Below are positions 19,643-29,607 of a stretch of DNA of 64,000 nucleotides, piece by piece. This DNA comes from Desulfobacterales bacterium (GTDB lineage Bacteria; Desulfobacterota; Desulfobacteria; Desulfobacterales; UBA2245), in NCBI GenBank assembly GCA_040771865.1, contig JAXGZF010000003.1:496001-560000 (forward strand), read 5' to 3'. A program made the translations under genes and the position numbers. Each line of letters starts with the position of its first letter. Positions within the stretch are counted from its first letter, which is position 1. The notes beneath the pieces are model-generated. The model saw only the letters and a list, made by a program, of their open reading frames with translations, had not been told where the DNA came from and ran no database searches.

Positions 19643-20366
19643 TTCTTTGAATTCACACAATCCAGCCTTGCCCGAAACAGCTCAGATTGCCCCCCTGATC
19701 GAGGTCAAAGATCTCTATAAGAGTTTTGAAGCTGGCGGCTCAAGAATCGATATCCTCAAGGGGGTGGACATGAATCTGGCATCCGGTCAGACCCTTGCCG
19801 TGGTCGGAGCGTCGGGAATCGGGAAATCCACCCTGCTTCATATTCTCGGCGCCTTGGATCGACCGGATCACGGGGCGGTTCTGATTCAGGGGCAGGATAT
19901 GTTCCAGTTCAGCAACGGCCGCCTGGCAAAATTCCGAAACGAGACCGTAGGGTTTGTTTTTCAATTTCACCATCTGCTTCCCGAATTCAATTCCCTTGAG
20001 AATGTGATGATGCCGGTATTGATTCAGGGAAAAAGCAGGGAATCCGCCCGCCGGTGCGCCGAGGAGATTCTGGTTCGCGTTGGGCTCAAGGATCGTCTGC
20101 TGCATCCGGTGAACAGGCTTTCCGGCGGCGAACAGCAGCGTGTGGCCCTGGCCCGCGCCCTGGCGCTTCGCCCCTTGATTCTGCTGGCGGATGAACCTAC
20201 GGGAAATCTGGATAAACGCAACAGCGAGCAGGTTCATGAACTGCTTCTGGAACTGAATCGCGAGCTGGGCATGACGATGGTGGTGGTGACTCACAACATG
20301 GAGCTGGCCGCATTCATGTCCCGGTGTGTAACTCTAGTGGATGGTAAACTTGTTCAGACAAATTGA
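19635..20366 (+). CDS. lolD: Lipoprotein-releasing ABC transporter ATPase
   Basis: [37 protein letters not shown]. Confidence 0.93.
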   Translation: MDNSLNSHNPALPETAQIAPLIEVKDLYKSFEAGGSRIDILKGVDMNLASGQTLAVVGASGIGKSTLLHILGALDRPDHGAVLIQGQDMFQFSNGRLAKFRNETVGFVFQFHHLLPEFNSLENVMMPVLIQGKSRESARRCAEEILVRVGLKDRLLHPVNRLSGGEQQRVALARALALRPLILLADEPTGNLDKRNSEQVHELLLELNRELGMTMVVVTHNMELAAFMSRCVTLVDGKLVQTN

Positions 20367-20369
20367 GGC

Positions 20370-23006
20370 ATGGTTATGATACGACGATTCTGGCTGTTGA
20401 TGGCTGCGGCGGGATGTTTGCTTGCCAACGGCGTTTTTGCCCTGGAGACCGTTCAGGTGGCGGTTTTCCCCTTTCAGGTTTACTCTCTGGAAGATTTTTC
20501 ATATCTGAAGACCGAAATTCCAAGGCAGATTCAAAAATACCTCGAGGATGAAGGCGCTGAAATTCTGGAGCCCAAAGAACATGAGATCGTGTCTGGAGAG
20601 GATGAGGCTGCGGGAATGAGCCGGATTCGAAGCAGCGCCCTTGAGATTGGAGCGGATTACGCCGTCTGGGGCAGCCTGACCTGGATCGGCCGTCGATTCA
20701 GTCTGGACGTCAAGCTGTTGTCCCCGTTCGGCGAAGATGCCGTCCAGACGGTTTATGAAGAGGGGGAGGGCGTTGAAAACCTGCCGGCGGGCGTTCGAAA
20801 TGTTGCCCGGGAATTGAGTCTGAAAATTTTTAAACGGGTCAGGGTGGCCGGCGTCGTAGTCAGCGGAAACAAGCGGATTGAAAAGGACGCGATCGAGCGG
20901 CGGATCAAAACAGCCCCCGGCGATGTGTATCTGGGCAAGACCATTGCCGAGGACCTGAAGTCCGTTTATGCAATGGGATATTTTGAAGATGTCCGCATCG
21001 AGGCCGAAGACGGCCCTGATGGGAAGACGATTACCTTCCTGGTGACCGAAAAACCCACCATCCGGTCCATTCATTTTATCGGCAACCGGATCTTTGATGA
21101 TGAAAAACTGAAGGAAAACCTGGATATCCGGGTGGGGTCAATTCTCAACATCTTTTCCATTCAGAAAAACATTCAAAGAATTCAGGAAGTATACAAGGAA
21201 AAGAACTACCATAATGTAACGGTGACATACAAGATTCAGGAACTTGACAACAACCAGTCTGTTCTGGAATTTATCATCGATGAGGGTAAAAAGGTGATGA
21301 TCCGGAAGATATCTTTTGAGGGAAACGCCTCTTACGATGAAAAGAAGCTCAAAAAGCTGATGAAGACCTCGGAAAAGGGCTACTTTTCGTGGATTACCTC
21401 TTCGGGCGAGCTGAACCGCGAAAAACTGGATCAGGACATCGTCAACCTGGCGGCCTTCTATCATAATACGGGTTATATTCAGGCCAAGATCGGCGACCCG
21501 GAGATTCGTTTCGAGGAGGACCGTATTGATATCGGCATCAAGATCGACGAGGGGCCCCAGTTCAGGGTGGGGAAGGTCGATGTCGACGGCGATCTGGTCC
21601 TGGATAAGGAAATCCTGCTGGGCAAGCTGAAGATTGCCAAGGAAACCTATTACAATCTCGAAAAGGTGAGAAACGACGTGCTGGCGCTGACCGATCTTTA
21701 CTCGGACGAGGGATATGCCTATGCGCAGGTCAATCCGCAGATCGAAAAAGATTCCGAGAAAATGGAGGTCAACCTGACTTACCGGATCGACAAGGGACAG
21801 CAGGTGTATTTTGAGAAAATCTTCATCGGCGGCAATGTTAATACCCGCGATAAGGTGATCCGGAGGGAACTGAATGTATATGAGCAGGAGCTTTACCGGG
21901 GAAAGGAGCTCAAACGCGGTGTTCGAAACCTGTACCGGCTGGATTATTTCGAGGATGTCAAGGTCGACACTGTTAAGGGCAGCGCCGAAGACCAGATGGT
22001 TCTGAAGATCGACGTTCGGGAAAAGCCCACCGGCGCATTTTCCTTCGGCGGCGGATACAGCAGCGTGGAGGACATTTTTTTCATGGCGTCGGTCTCCCAG
22101 CGGAACCTCTTTGGACTTGGACAGATCCTGCAGCTCAAGGCCGAAATCGGAGGCGTCACGCAACGCTACACACTGAGCTTTACCGAGCCCTGGCTGTTCG
22201 ACATTCCTCTTTCCGCCGGATTTGATATTTATAACTGGGACCGGGATTACGACACCTATGAAAGGGAGAGCGAGGGTGTTACCGTTCGATTCGGATACCC
22301 TGTGTGGGACTACACCCGATTCTACCTGGCCTACGGTTTTGAAATCAGCGATATCTCGGAAGTGACCGAAGACGCTTCCGATCTGGTGAAGGACATGGAT
22401 GGAACCTACACGACGAGCAGCGTAACGGCGACATTGCGATACGATTCCCGGGACCGGATGTTCAATCCCACCGAAGGCTCGGATCACCGGCTGTCGGTCC
22501 AGTATGCAGGGCTGGGGGGGGATATCGGTTTCATCAAATACATCGCCGAGACGGGTTGGTATTTCCCGCTGTTCTGGGATATGGTGGGTTTTCTGCATGC
22601 TAAGGGCGGATATGTGGAGCAGAATTCCGGAATGAAGCTTCCCGATTTCGAGCGGTTTTACCTGGGCGGGATGAATTCACTTCGCGGCTTTGACTGGCGG
22701 GATGTCTGCGCTTATGATGAAGAAGGATCCAAGATCGGCGGGGATCGATTTGTTCAGTTCAACGCGGAATGGATTGTTCCGCTGATCAAGAAAGCTGGTT
22801 TGGTCGGCGTTGTTTTTTATGACACCGGCAATGTGTATAATGATGAGAGCATGAATCTGGGCGACCTCAGACAGAGCGCGGGATACGGCATCCGCTGGTA
22901 TTCTCCGATGGGGCCGATTCGCATTGAAAACGGCTATATTCTCGATCCCAAGGAAGGCGAGGACAGCGGAGGAAGGTGGGAGTTTTCCATGGGATCCGCA
23001 TTTTGA
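20370..23006 (+). CDS. bamA: Outer membrane protein assembly factor BamA with an extra N-terminal domain
   Basis: POTRA repeats, TRDKVIRRE, FYLGGMNSLRGF, RWYSPMGPIR, terminal Phe. Confidence 0.96.
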   Translation: MVMIRRFWLLMAAAGCLLANGVFALETVQVAVFPFQVYSLEDFSYLKTEIPRQIQKYLEDEGAEILEPKEHEIVSGEDEAAGMSRIRSSALEIGADYAVWGSLTWIGRRFSLDVKLLSPFGEDAVQTVYEEGEGVENLPAGVRNVARELSLKIFKRVRVAGVVVSGNKRIEKDAIERRIKTAPGDVYLGKTIAEDLKSVYAMGYFEDVRIEAEDGPDGKTITFLVTEKPTIRSIHFIGNRIFDDEKLKENLDIRVGSILNIFSIQKNIQRIQEVYKEKNYHNVTVTYKIQELDNNQSVLEFIIDEGKKVMIRKISFEGNASYDEKKLKKLMKTSEKGYFSWITSSGELNREKLDQDIVNLAAFYHNTGYIQAKIGDPEIRFEEDRIDIGIKIDEGPQFRVGKVDVDGDLVLDKEILLGKLKIAKETYYNLEKVRNDVLALTDLYSDEGYAYAQVNPQIEKDSEKMEVNLTYRIDKGQQVYFEKIFIGGNVNTRDKVIRRELNVYEQELYRGKELKRGVRNLYRLDYFEDVKVDTVKGSAEDQMVLKIDVREKPTGAFSFGGGYSSVEDIFFMASVSQRNLFGLGQILQLKAEIGGVTQRYTLSFTEPWLFDIPLSAGFDIYNWDRDYDTYERESEGVTVRFGYPVWDYTRFYLAYGFEISDISEVTEDASDLVKDMDGTYTTSSVTATLRYDSRDRMFNPTEGSDHRLSVQYAGLGGDIGFIKYIAETGWYFPLFWDMVGFLHAKGGYVEQNSGMKLPDFERFYLGGMNSLRGFDWRDVCAYDEEGSKIGGDRFVQFNAEWIVPLIKKAGLVGVVFYDTGNVYNDESMNLGDLRQSAGYGIRWYSPMGPIRIENGYILDPKEGEDSGGRWEFSMGSAF

Positions 23007-23050
23007 AACAAAACTGTAATGATTAACGGGTAGTAATAGAAGGGGGTTAC

Positions 23051-23587
23051 ATGCGCAGCGCCAAAACGATTTGCATATTGATGATCAGTCTTTTTTTCCT
23101 TGCGTCCTCGAGCAGCGGGGCCGATGCCGTCAAGATCGGAATTGTGGATTTTCAAAAAATTCTGGAGTCTTCTAGCGCCGGTAAATCAGCCCAGGCCGAA
23201 ATCAAGCAACGCGGAAAAAAGATGGAGGAGGAACTTAAAACCAAGGGAACCGCGATTGAAGAAAAAAGAAAGCAGTTTGAACGCGAGGCGATGGTGCTCA
23301 GCGAGGATGCTCGCGAGAAAAAGGAGCGGGAACTGCGCATCGAGATCGGCGACTTCAAGGCGCTTCAAAAAAAATATGCCGAAGAATTCAAGGAGACTGA
23401 AGGAAAGCTGATCGTGGATATTCAGAAGGGTTTGATTGAACTGGTCAATGAATTCGGTAAAAAAGGGGGGTATCTCCTGATTCTGGAAAAACGCGAAGCC
23501 GGCGTTCTCTACTTCCCTCAGACCATCGACATCACCGACGTGATTATCGAACAGTACAACAAGAAGTTCGCCAAAACCTCCCAATGA
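23051..23587 (+). CDS. skp: Periplasmic chaperone Skp/OmpH
   Basis: Signal peptide, KIGIVDFQKIL, coiled coil, DITDVII; bamA-lpxD context. Confidence 0.92.
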   Translation: MRSAKTICILMISLFFLASSSSGADAVKIGIVDFQKILESSSAGKSAQAEIKQRGKKMEEELKTKGTAIEEKRKQFEREAMVLSEDAREKKERELRIEIGDFKALQKKYAEEFKETEGKLIVDIQKGLIELVNEFGKKGGYLLILEKREAGVLYFPQTIDITDVIIEQYNKKFAKTSQ

Positions 23588-23632
23588 AGTCCGCCGGCAT
23601 ATCCTCGGGAGTGCCGGACCTTGGAGAACGGT

Positions 23633-24688
23633 ATGAAACTGTCGATTGCACAGATCGCCGATATGGTTAAAGGCAGCGTCGTTGGGGATGACCGGCGCAT
23701 GATCGCAGGCGTGGCGCCGTTTGAGGCAGCCGATGCCGACCGCATCACATTTGCCGGCCAGCCGAAGTTTTTAAAAAAGATAAAAGAAACCGGCGCCGGG
23801 GCGGTCATTGTTCCGCGTGGATTCGCAGGACCATCGCAAAAGCCTCTGATCTGTGCGGACCATCCTCAGCTTGCCTTTCTTCAGGTGGTCCGGTGGTTTC
23901 ATCCTCCCCGGCGTCCTGCGCCCGGAATCAGTCCTCATGCAGGCATCGGAGTTGACTTTGCATGCGGCAAGGATGTTTCAATCGGCCATTTCGTGGTGAT
24001 CGGCGATCATGTGCGGATTGGAGACCGGACGGTTCTTCACCCCGGAGTGTTTATCGGAGACGGGGTGTCGATCGGCGACGATGTGGAAATTTATCCGCAC
24101 GTGACCGTTCGAGAGAACTGCGTGATCGGCAACCGTGTGATCATTCATGCTTCAACGGTGATCGGGAGTGACGGATTCGGGTTTGTTCCCACAGCCGAAG
24201 GTTATCACAAGATTCCGCACATCGGCATTGTGCAGATCGATGATGATGTGGAGATCGGCGCCGCGAACGCGATTGACCGGGCAACATTCGGAAAAACCTG
24301 GATTCAGCGGGGCGTGAAAACCGACAATCTGGTGCAGGTAGCCCACAATGTAACCGTGGGTGAGCATACGGTTCTTGTGGCCCAGGTGGGAATATCCGGA
24401 AGCACGACGATCGGAAGTCATTCCGTTCTGGCGGGTCAGGCCGGTATATCCGGCCATCTCACGATCGGCGATCATGTGACCGTCGGACCCCAGGCCGGTG
24501 TGGCCAGATCGGTCGAAAGCGGACAGATTGTTTCCGGATCTCCGGAGATGCCTCACAGCCGGTGGCTTCGCGTGCAGCGCATCGTGCCCCGGTTGCCGGA
24601 GCTGAGTAAAAAAATCGCTGAACTCGAAAAACGTCTTTACGATCTTGAGCTCCGTTCAAGCCGCGACGTTCAGAAAGATTCGAATTAG
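23633..24688 (+). CDS. lpxD: UDP-3-O-acyl-glucosamine N-acyltransferase
   Basis: Hexapeptide repeats, IGSDGFG, IDRATFG, KTDNLVQVAHN. Confidence 0.96.
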   Translation: MKLSIAQIADMVKGSVVGDDRRMIAGVAPFEAADADRITFAGQPKFLKKIKETGAGAVIVPRGFAGPSQKPLICADHPQLAFLQVVRWFHPPRRPAPGISPHAGIGVDFACGKDVSIGHFVVIGDHVRIGDRTVLHPGVFIGDGVSIGDDVEIYPHVTVRENCVIGNRVIIHASTVIGSDGFGFVPTAEGYHKIPHIGIVQIDDDVEIGAANAIDRATFGKTWIQRGVKTDNLVQVAHNVTVGEHTVLVAQVGISGSTTIGSHSVLAGQAGISGHLTIGDHVTVGPQAGVARSVESGQIVSGSPEMPHSRWLRVQRIVPRLPELSKKIAELEKRLYDLELRSSRDVQKDSN

Positions 24689-24729
24689 ACGCAGTATTGA
24701 GTCGTTGTACCCTGAAAAGAGATATCGTC

Positions 24730-25173
24730 ATGAAACAATATTCCATTGCGGATATTATGAATTTTCTGCCGCATCGGTACCCCTTTCTGCTGATTGACCG
24801 GGTGGTTGAACTGGTGCCCGGAGAAAGCATCAGGGCGCTGAAAAATGTTACCATCAACGAACCGTTCTTCCAGGGACATTATCCCGGAACGCCGATCATG
24901 CCGGGTGTTCTGATTCTGGAGGCCATGGCCCAGGCAGGCGGAATCCTGGCCTTGGACAGCATGCCGGATGCCTTGCGCGGCGCTGTCATTTATTTTATGG
25001 GCATGGACAAGGTCCGGTTTCGAAAACCCGTGGTTCCCGGAGATCAGCTGATCTTTGAGATCAGGGCCTTGAAGCGGCGGGCAAAGGCCGTTAAAATGGC
25101 CGGTCTTGCCAAGGTTGAAGACAATATCGTGGCCGAAGCCGAGATGATGGCTTCCTTTGGAGAAAAGAAATGA
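24730..25173 (+). CDS. fabZ: 3-hydroxyacyl-ACP dehydratase
   Basis: LPHRYPFLLIDRV, FFQGHYP, PGVLILEAMAQ. Confidence 0.97.
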   Translation: MKQYSIADIMNFLPHRYPFLLIDRVVELVPGESIRALKNVTINEPFFQGHYPGTPIMPGVLILEAMAQAGGILALDSMPDALRGAVIYFMGMDKVRFRKPVVPGDQLIFEIRALKRRAKAVKMAGLAKVEDNIVAEAEMMASFGEKK

Positions 25174-25940
25174 TTCATCAGACCGCTATTGTCGATCCCG
25201 GTGCTCAGATCGACGAAAATGTGACCATCGGTCCTTTTGTTATAGTCGGAAAGAATACACAAATCGGAAGCGGGACCGTTATCGGCGCGCATGCCGTAAT
25301 CGATCCGTATGTCATTATCGGGCCGGATTGCCAGATATTTCAGTATGCATCGATCGGAGCGCCGCCTCAGTCTCTGAAATTTCAGGGAGAAGAGACATGG
25401 GTGAAAATCGGCAGAGGCAGCATTATTCGTGAATTTGTCACCATACACAGAGGAACTTCTTTCGGCGGCGGGTTGACCGAACTGGGAGAGGGCAGTTTTC
25501 TGATGGCCTATACTCACGTAGCCCATGACTGCAAAATCGGCCGAAACGTGGTGATGGCCAACAACGCGACCCTGGCCGGGCATATCACGATCGGCGATCA
25601 TGCCACGATCGGAGGGCTGGTGGCCATCCATCAATTCGTTCGAATCGGCGATTATGCTTTTGTCGGCGGCAAGTCCGCGGTGGTCAAGGATGTACCGCCG
25701 TATGTGATCGCTTCGGGAGACCGGGCTACCCTGCACGGTCTGAACACCGTAGGCCTTAAACGACACGGGTTTTCACAGGAAACGCTTTTGCAGCTGAAAA
25801 AAACGTACCGGATTATATTTCGAATCGGAATCACTCTCAATGAAGCCATTGAGCGTGTGAAAGCCGAGGTGGAACAGATTCCGGAGGTCGTCAGCTTTAT
25901 TGAATTTCTACAGGCATCGAGCCGGGGCGTAACCCGGTGA
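25170..25940 (+). CDS. lpxA: Acyl-ACP--UDP-GlcNAc acyltransferase
   Basis: IREFVTIHRGT, HVAHDC, LAGH, IHQF, GLNTVGLKR. Confidence 0.96.
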   Translation: MIHQTAIVDPGAQIDENVTIGPFVIVGKNTQIGSGTVIGAHAVIDPYVIIGPDCQIFQYASIGAPPQSLKFQGEETWVKIGRGSIIREFVTIHRGTSFGGGLTELGEGSFLMAYTHVAHDCKIGRNVVMANNATLAGHITIGDHATIGGLVAIHQFVRIGDYAFVGGKSAVVKDVPPYVIASGDRATLHGLNTVGLKRHGFSQETLLQLKKTYRIIFRIGITLNEAIERVKAEVEQIPEVVSFIEFLQASSRGVTR

Positions 25941-25971
25941 CCGTCGTTTTTCGAAGCGCCTTGGATCAAAG

Positions 25972-26796
25972 ATGGACCATCGAATCGGGCTCATAGCGGG
26001 GAGCGGTCAGTTCCCCTTAATTTTTTCCAGCAAGGCCCGTCGCAGCGGGTTCGAGGTTTATGCCGCGGCTTTTTTGAAGGAAACTGATCCGGCACTGGAG
26101 GCCGATGTTTCAGCCATCGAATGGATGCACCTGGGGCAGGTTCGGCGGCTGATCGATTTTTTCAAGCGAAATTCAGTATCTCAGGCCGTTATGCTCGGCG
26201 CGATCCGCAAGACCCGTATTTTCAGCGATGTGCGCCCGGACGCCAAGGCCATTGCCATTATCGCCGGCATGCGCCATACGCATGATGACGCCCTGCTTCG
26301 GGCCTTTGCCGGCGCTCTGGAAAAAGAAGGGATTCTGATTCAGGCTTCAACCTTTCTGCTGCCCGAACTGCTGGTGTCCAAGGGGTGCTGGACTCGGAAG
26401 AAACCCCGCCGGTCCGAAAAGAGTGATATCGCTCTGGGCTGGCGTATCGCCAAGGAGCTGGGTCGGCTGGATATCGGGCAGTGCGTTGTGGTTGGCCGTG
26501 GGTCTGTTCTGGCCCTTGAGGCCATTGACGGCACGGATGCCACCATCGAAAGGGGAGGAAGGCTCAGCAGGGGCAAGGCGGTTGCGGTCAAGGTCTGCAA
26601 GCCCGATCAGGATCTGCGGTTCGATGTCCCGGCCATCGGCGTGCAAACCATCGAAACCATGCACCGGTTCGGTGTTCAGACCCTGGTCGTTGAGGCGGGA
26701 AAGGCCGTTGTCTTTGACCGGCAGGAAATGATCGCTCTGGCCGACAGATGCGGAGTCTGCATTCTGGCGCTGGAAGACTGCCGGGAGGGATGGTAG
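25972..26796 (+). CDS. lpxI: UDP-2,3-diacylglucosamine diphosphatase LpxI
   Basis: IGLIAGSGQFP, LDIGQCVVV, EAIDGTD, KPDQDLRFDVPAIG. Confidence 0.92.
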   Translation: MDHRIGLIAGSGQFPLIFSSKARRSGFEVYAAAFLKETDPALEADVSAIEWMHLGQVRRLIDFFKRNSVSQAVMLGAIRKTRIFSDVRPDAKAIAIIAGMRHTHDDALLRAFAGALEKEGILIQASTFLLPELLVSKGCWTRKKPRRSEKSDIALGWRIAKELGRLDIGQCVVVGRGSVLALEAIDGTDATIERGGRLSRGKAVAVKVCKPDQDLRFDVPAIGVQTIETMHRFGVQTLVVEAGKAVVFDRQEMIALADRCGVCILALEDCREGW

Positions 26797-26807
26797 GTAA
26801 TAAGATC

Positions 26808-27776
26808 ATGAAAGAAAAAAAGCTTCGCATCGCGGTGGTCGGCGTGGGTTATCTGGGAAGGTTTCATGCGGAGAAATATGCCCGCATGGACGATGTGGAA
26901 CTGGTCGGCGTGGCCGATCTGAACAAATCCCGGGCCGAGGCGGTGGCGCAAAGCCTGAACACCCGAGCCTATACGAATTACCGGGATCTGCTGGGAAAGG
27001 TGGAAGCTGTCAGTATCGTGACGCCTACTCCTTTGCACCATGAGGTGAGCCGGGATTTTTTGCTGGGCGATGCGGATGTATTGATCGAAAAGCCCGTGAC
27101 CACTACTCTGGATGAGGCCCAGGAACTCATCGATCTTGCGGAATCCAGAGGCTTGCTGATTCAGGTAGGGCACCTGGAGCGGTTCAATCCGGCGGTGGCG
27201 GCCCTCAAAGAGATGATGATTCAACCGCCTCTCTTCATTGAGTCCCACCGGCTCGGCGTGTTTAAGAACCGGTGTACCGATGTCAGCGTGGTTCTGGACC
27301 TGATGATCCATGACATTGATATCATTCTGAATCTGGTGCCATGCAAGATCAAGCGGATCCATGCGTCGGGCGCGCCGGTGATCTGCCCCAGCGTGGATAT
27401 CGCCAATGCCCGCCTTGAGTTTGCCAACGGATGTGTGGCCAATATCACGGCCAGCCGCATATCGATGAAAAACGAACGAAAGATCCGTTTTTTTCAGAAG
27501 GACGCCTATATTTCCGTGGATTTTGCCAACCGTGAGATCACGCGCATCGCAAAGGACGAGAGCGCTGTAGACGCGGTGATACCAGGCATGGGCATCAACC
27601 GGCTGTGCTTTACCAATGCCGATCCGCTTGACGACGAATTGAGATCTTTTGTCCGCTGCGTTCAACGCCGGGAGGTTCCCGAGGTGACCGGGCAGATGGG
27701 GCGCGATGCCCTGAAAATCGCTCTGAGCATCATGGACCAGATCGAAGAATCGATCCGCCGGTTCCGGAGAACCTGA
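26808..27776 (+). CDS. Gfo/Idh/MocA oxidoreductase, GnnA-like (UDP-GlcNAc 3-dehydrogenase)
   Basis: GVGYLGRFHA, IEKP, VGHLERFNP, DLMIHDID; lies between lpxA/lpxI and lpxB. Confidence 0.8.
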   Translation: MKEKKLRIAVVGVGYLGRFHAEKYARMDDVELVGVADLNKSRAEAVAQSLNTRAYTNYRDLLGKVEAVSIVTPTPLHHEVSRDFLLGDADVLIEKPVTTTLDEAQELIDLAESRGLLIQVGHLERFNPAVAALKEMMIQPPLFIESHRLGVFKNRCTDVSVVLDLMIHDIDIILNLVPCKIKRIHASGAPVICPSVDIANARLEFANGCVANITASRISMKNERKIRFFQKDAYISVDFANREITRIAKDESAVDAVIPGMGINRLCFTNADPLDDELRSFVRCVQRREVPEVTGQMGRDALKIALSIMDQIEESIRRFRRT

Positions 27777-27779
27777 GCC

Positions 27780-28937
27780 ATGCCGCCTGCCCGATACGGC
27801 CGATGTGCGATGATCGTTGCCGGAGAGGCGTCCGGCGATCTTCACGGCGCCAGGCTGGTGCGGGCCATGCGGCAGCGCGACGAGCACCTGTTTTTCTGCG
27901 GCATCGGCGGAAAGTCGATGGCTGCCGAGGGAGTGCGGATTCTCTTCGATGCGCACCGATTGTCGGTGGTGGGAGTTACCGAGGTCCTCACCAGGCTTCC
28001 CGATATCGTTCGAGGAATATCCATCGCCAGATACGCCTTGAAAACGCTGCGACCGGACCTGCTGATTCTGATCGATTTTCCAGATTTCAACCTGCATCTG
28101 GCGGCCCACGCCAGGAAACTCGGTATTCCGGTGCTTTATTACATCGGCCCTCAGGTATGGGCCTGGCGCCCTGGACGGGTCAGAATCTTGAAAAAACGCG
28201 TGGACCACATGGCCGTCATTCTGCCTTTTGAAGCCAAATTCTATCATAATCAGGGGATTCAGGCCACCTTTGTGGGCCACCCCCTGCTCGACTCCGGGCT
28301 TTCGAGCCAGGCCCCGCCGGCTTTACGTGCGCGGCAGCGCGCGGTCGGGCTTCTGCCTGGATCCCGGCATACGGAGATCATCCGGCACCTTCCCTTGATG
28401 CTCGATGCGGCCCGAAGGCTGCATCGACGGATTTCCGGAATCCGGTTTATGGTTTCCCGTGCCCCGACGGCCGAAAGCGGTCATATCGAAGAACTGGTCA
28501 GACCGTATGCATCTGAAATCGATGTGCGCATTGTTGCCGGCGGTGTTGAGAACGTGCTTCAAAACGTCCGGCTGGCTGTGGCCGTTTCAGGAACCGTGAC
28601 GCTGGAAGCCGCGCTCTGCCGGACGCCCACGATTATCATATACAGGGTTTCTCCCTTGAGCTACCGTCTGGGAAAGGCCCTGATACGGGTTCCCTATATC
28701 GGTCTGGCCAATTTGATTGCCGGGAAATCCGTGGCTCCTGAATTAATACAGGACGCGGCTACCGCTGAAAACATTGCAGACCTGGCGGCTGAAAAACTGG
28801 CCGATTTAACAATTCTGGAAGCCGAAAGCGCGGCGCTTGGCCGCATTCAAGAGCGGCTCGGCGGCCCCGGCGCCTCCGACCGGACCGCACAGATCGCTCT
28901 GGATATGCTGGCATCGGGCAAAAAGAGGGTTCAATGA
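27780..28937 (+). CDS. lpxB: Lipid-A-disaccharide synthase
   Basis: AGEASGDLHG, IDFPDFN, PQVWAWR, FVGHPL, LLPGSR, SGTVTLE. Confidence 0.96.
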   Translation: MPPARYGRCAMIVAGEASGDLHGARLVRAMRQRDEHLFFCGIGGKSMAAEGVRILFDAHRLSVVGVTEVLTRLPDIVRGISIARYALKTLRPDLLILIDFPDFNLHLAAHARKLGIPVLYYIGPQVWAWRPGRVRILKKRVDHMAVILPFEAKFYHNQGIQATFVGHPLLDSGLSSQAPPALRARQRAVGLLPGSRHTEIIRHLPLMLDAARRLHRRISGIRFMVSRAPTAESGHIEELVRPYASEIDVRIVAGGVENVLQNVRLAVAVSGTVTLEAALCRTPTIIIYRVSPLSYRLGKALIRVPYIGLANLIAGKSVAPELIQDAATAENIADLAAEKLADLTILEAESAALGRIQERLGGPGASDRTAQIALDMLASGKKRVQ

Positions 28938-29602
28938 GTTTCGGAAAATCCGAATTCAAATGGAACCTGATCGGACTGCTGGGTAAATCGATCGTTGATC
29001 TGATCTTTTGCACCGCTTCCATTGAGGTGGCGGGTTACGGGGCGGTGAAGGAGATTCTCAAGTCCCGCCGGTTTATCCTTGCCATATGGCACTCGCGGAT
29101 TCTTCTGGTCAGCTACATTTTCAAGGGGTGGGGCGGGGTTGCCCTGGTCAGCCGATCGGAAGACGGAGAGATCATCGCCCGGGTGCTTCAACGCCAGGGC
29201 CAGGAAACCGTTCGCGGGTCCACTACACGGGGCGGACTGGCCGCCCTGATCACCATCTTGAGAAAGATATCCGTGAGCAACCGGCCTGCGGTGATCATTC
29301 CGGACGGTCCTCAGGGTCCCCGTTTCAGGGTTCAGCCCGGCATTATTTCTCTGGCCAAAAAATCCGGGTACCCGATTGTGCCGGTTACCTACAGCGCCCG
29401 GCGCATGAAGGCATTCGCCAGCTGGGACCGGTTTGTGCTTCCGGCTCCCTTTACCCGCTGTCGCTTGGTTTACGGCCGTCCTCTGTGGGTTTCAAAAGAT
29501 GCGGACCGCCAGACAGAGGAGGAAAACCGGCTGGAACTTGAACAGGAACTTTGCCGGATCACTTCTGCGGCGGATCACTGTTTCGGACACGAGATATCCT
29601 GA
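28934..29602 (+). CDS. DUF374 lysophospholipid acyltransferase family protein (LpxJ-like)
   Basis: AIWHSR, SRSEDGE, RGSTTRGG, PDGPQGP, SWDRFVLP. Confidence 0.85.
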   Translation: MSFGKSEFKWNLIGLLGKSIVDLIFCTASIEVAGYGAVKEILKSRRFILAIWHSRILLVSYIFKGWGGVALVSRSEDGEIIARVLQRQGQETVRGSTTRGGLAALITILRKISVSNRPAVIIPDGPQGPRFRVQPGIISLAKKSGYPIVPVTYSARRMKAFASWDRFVLPAPFTRCRLVYGRPLWVSKDADRQTEEENRLELEQELCRITSAADHCFGHEIS

Positions 29603-29607
29603 ACATC

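Noticed and set aside
26676..28280. 534-aa minus-strand ORF, and similar long ORFs at 8238-9332, 9826-10809, 21138-22598 and 44690-46417
   Set aside because: All lie antisense to well-supported genes; expected shadow ORFs in GC-rich DNA.
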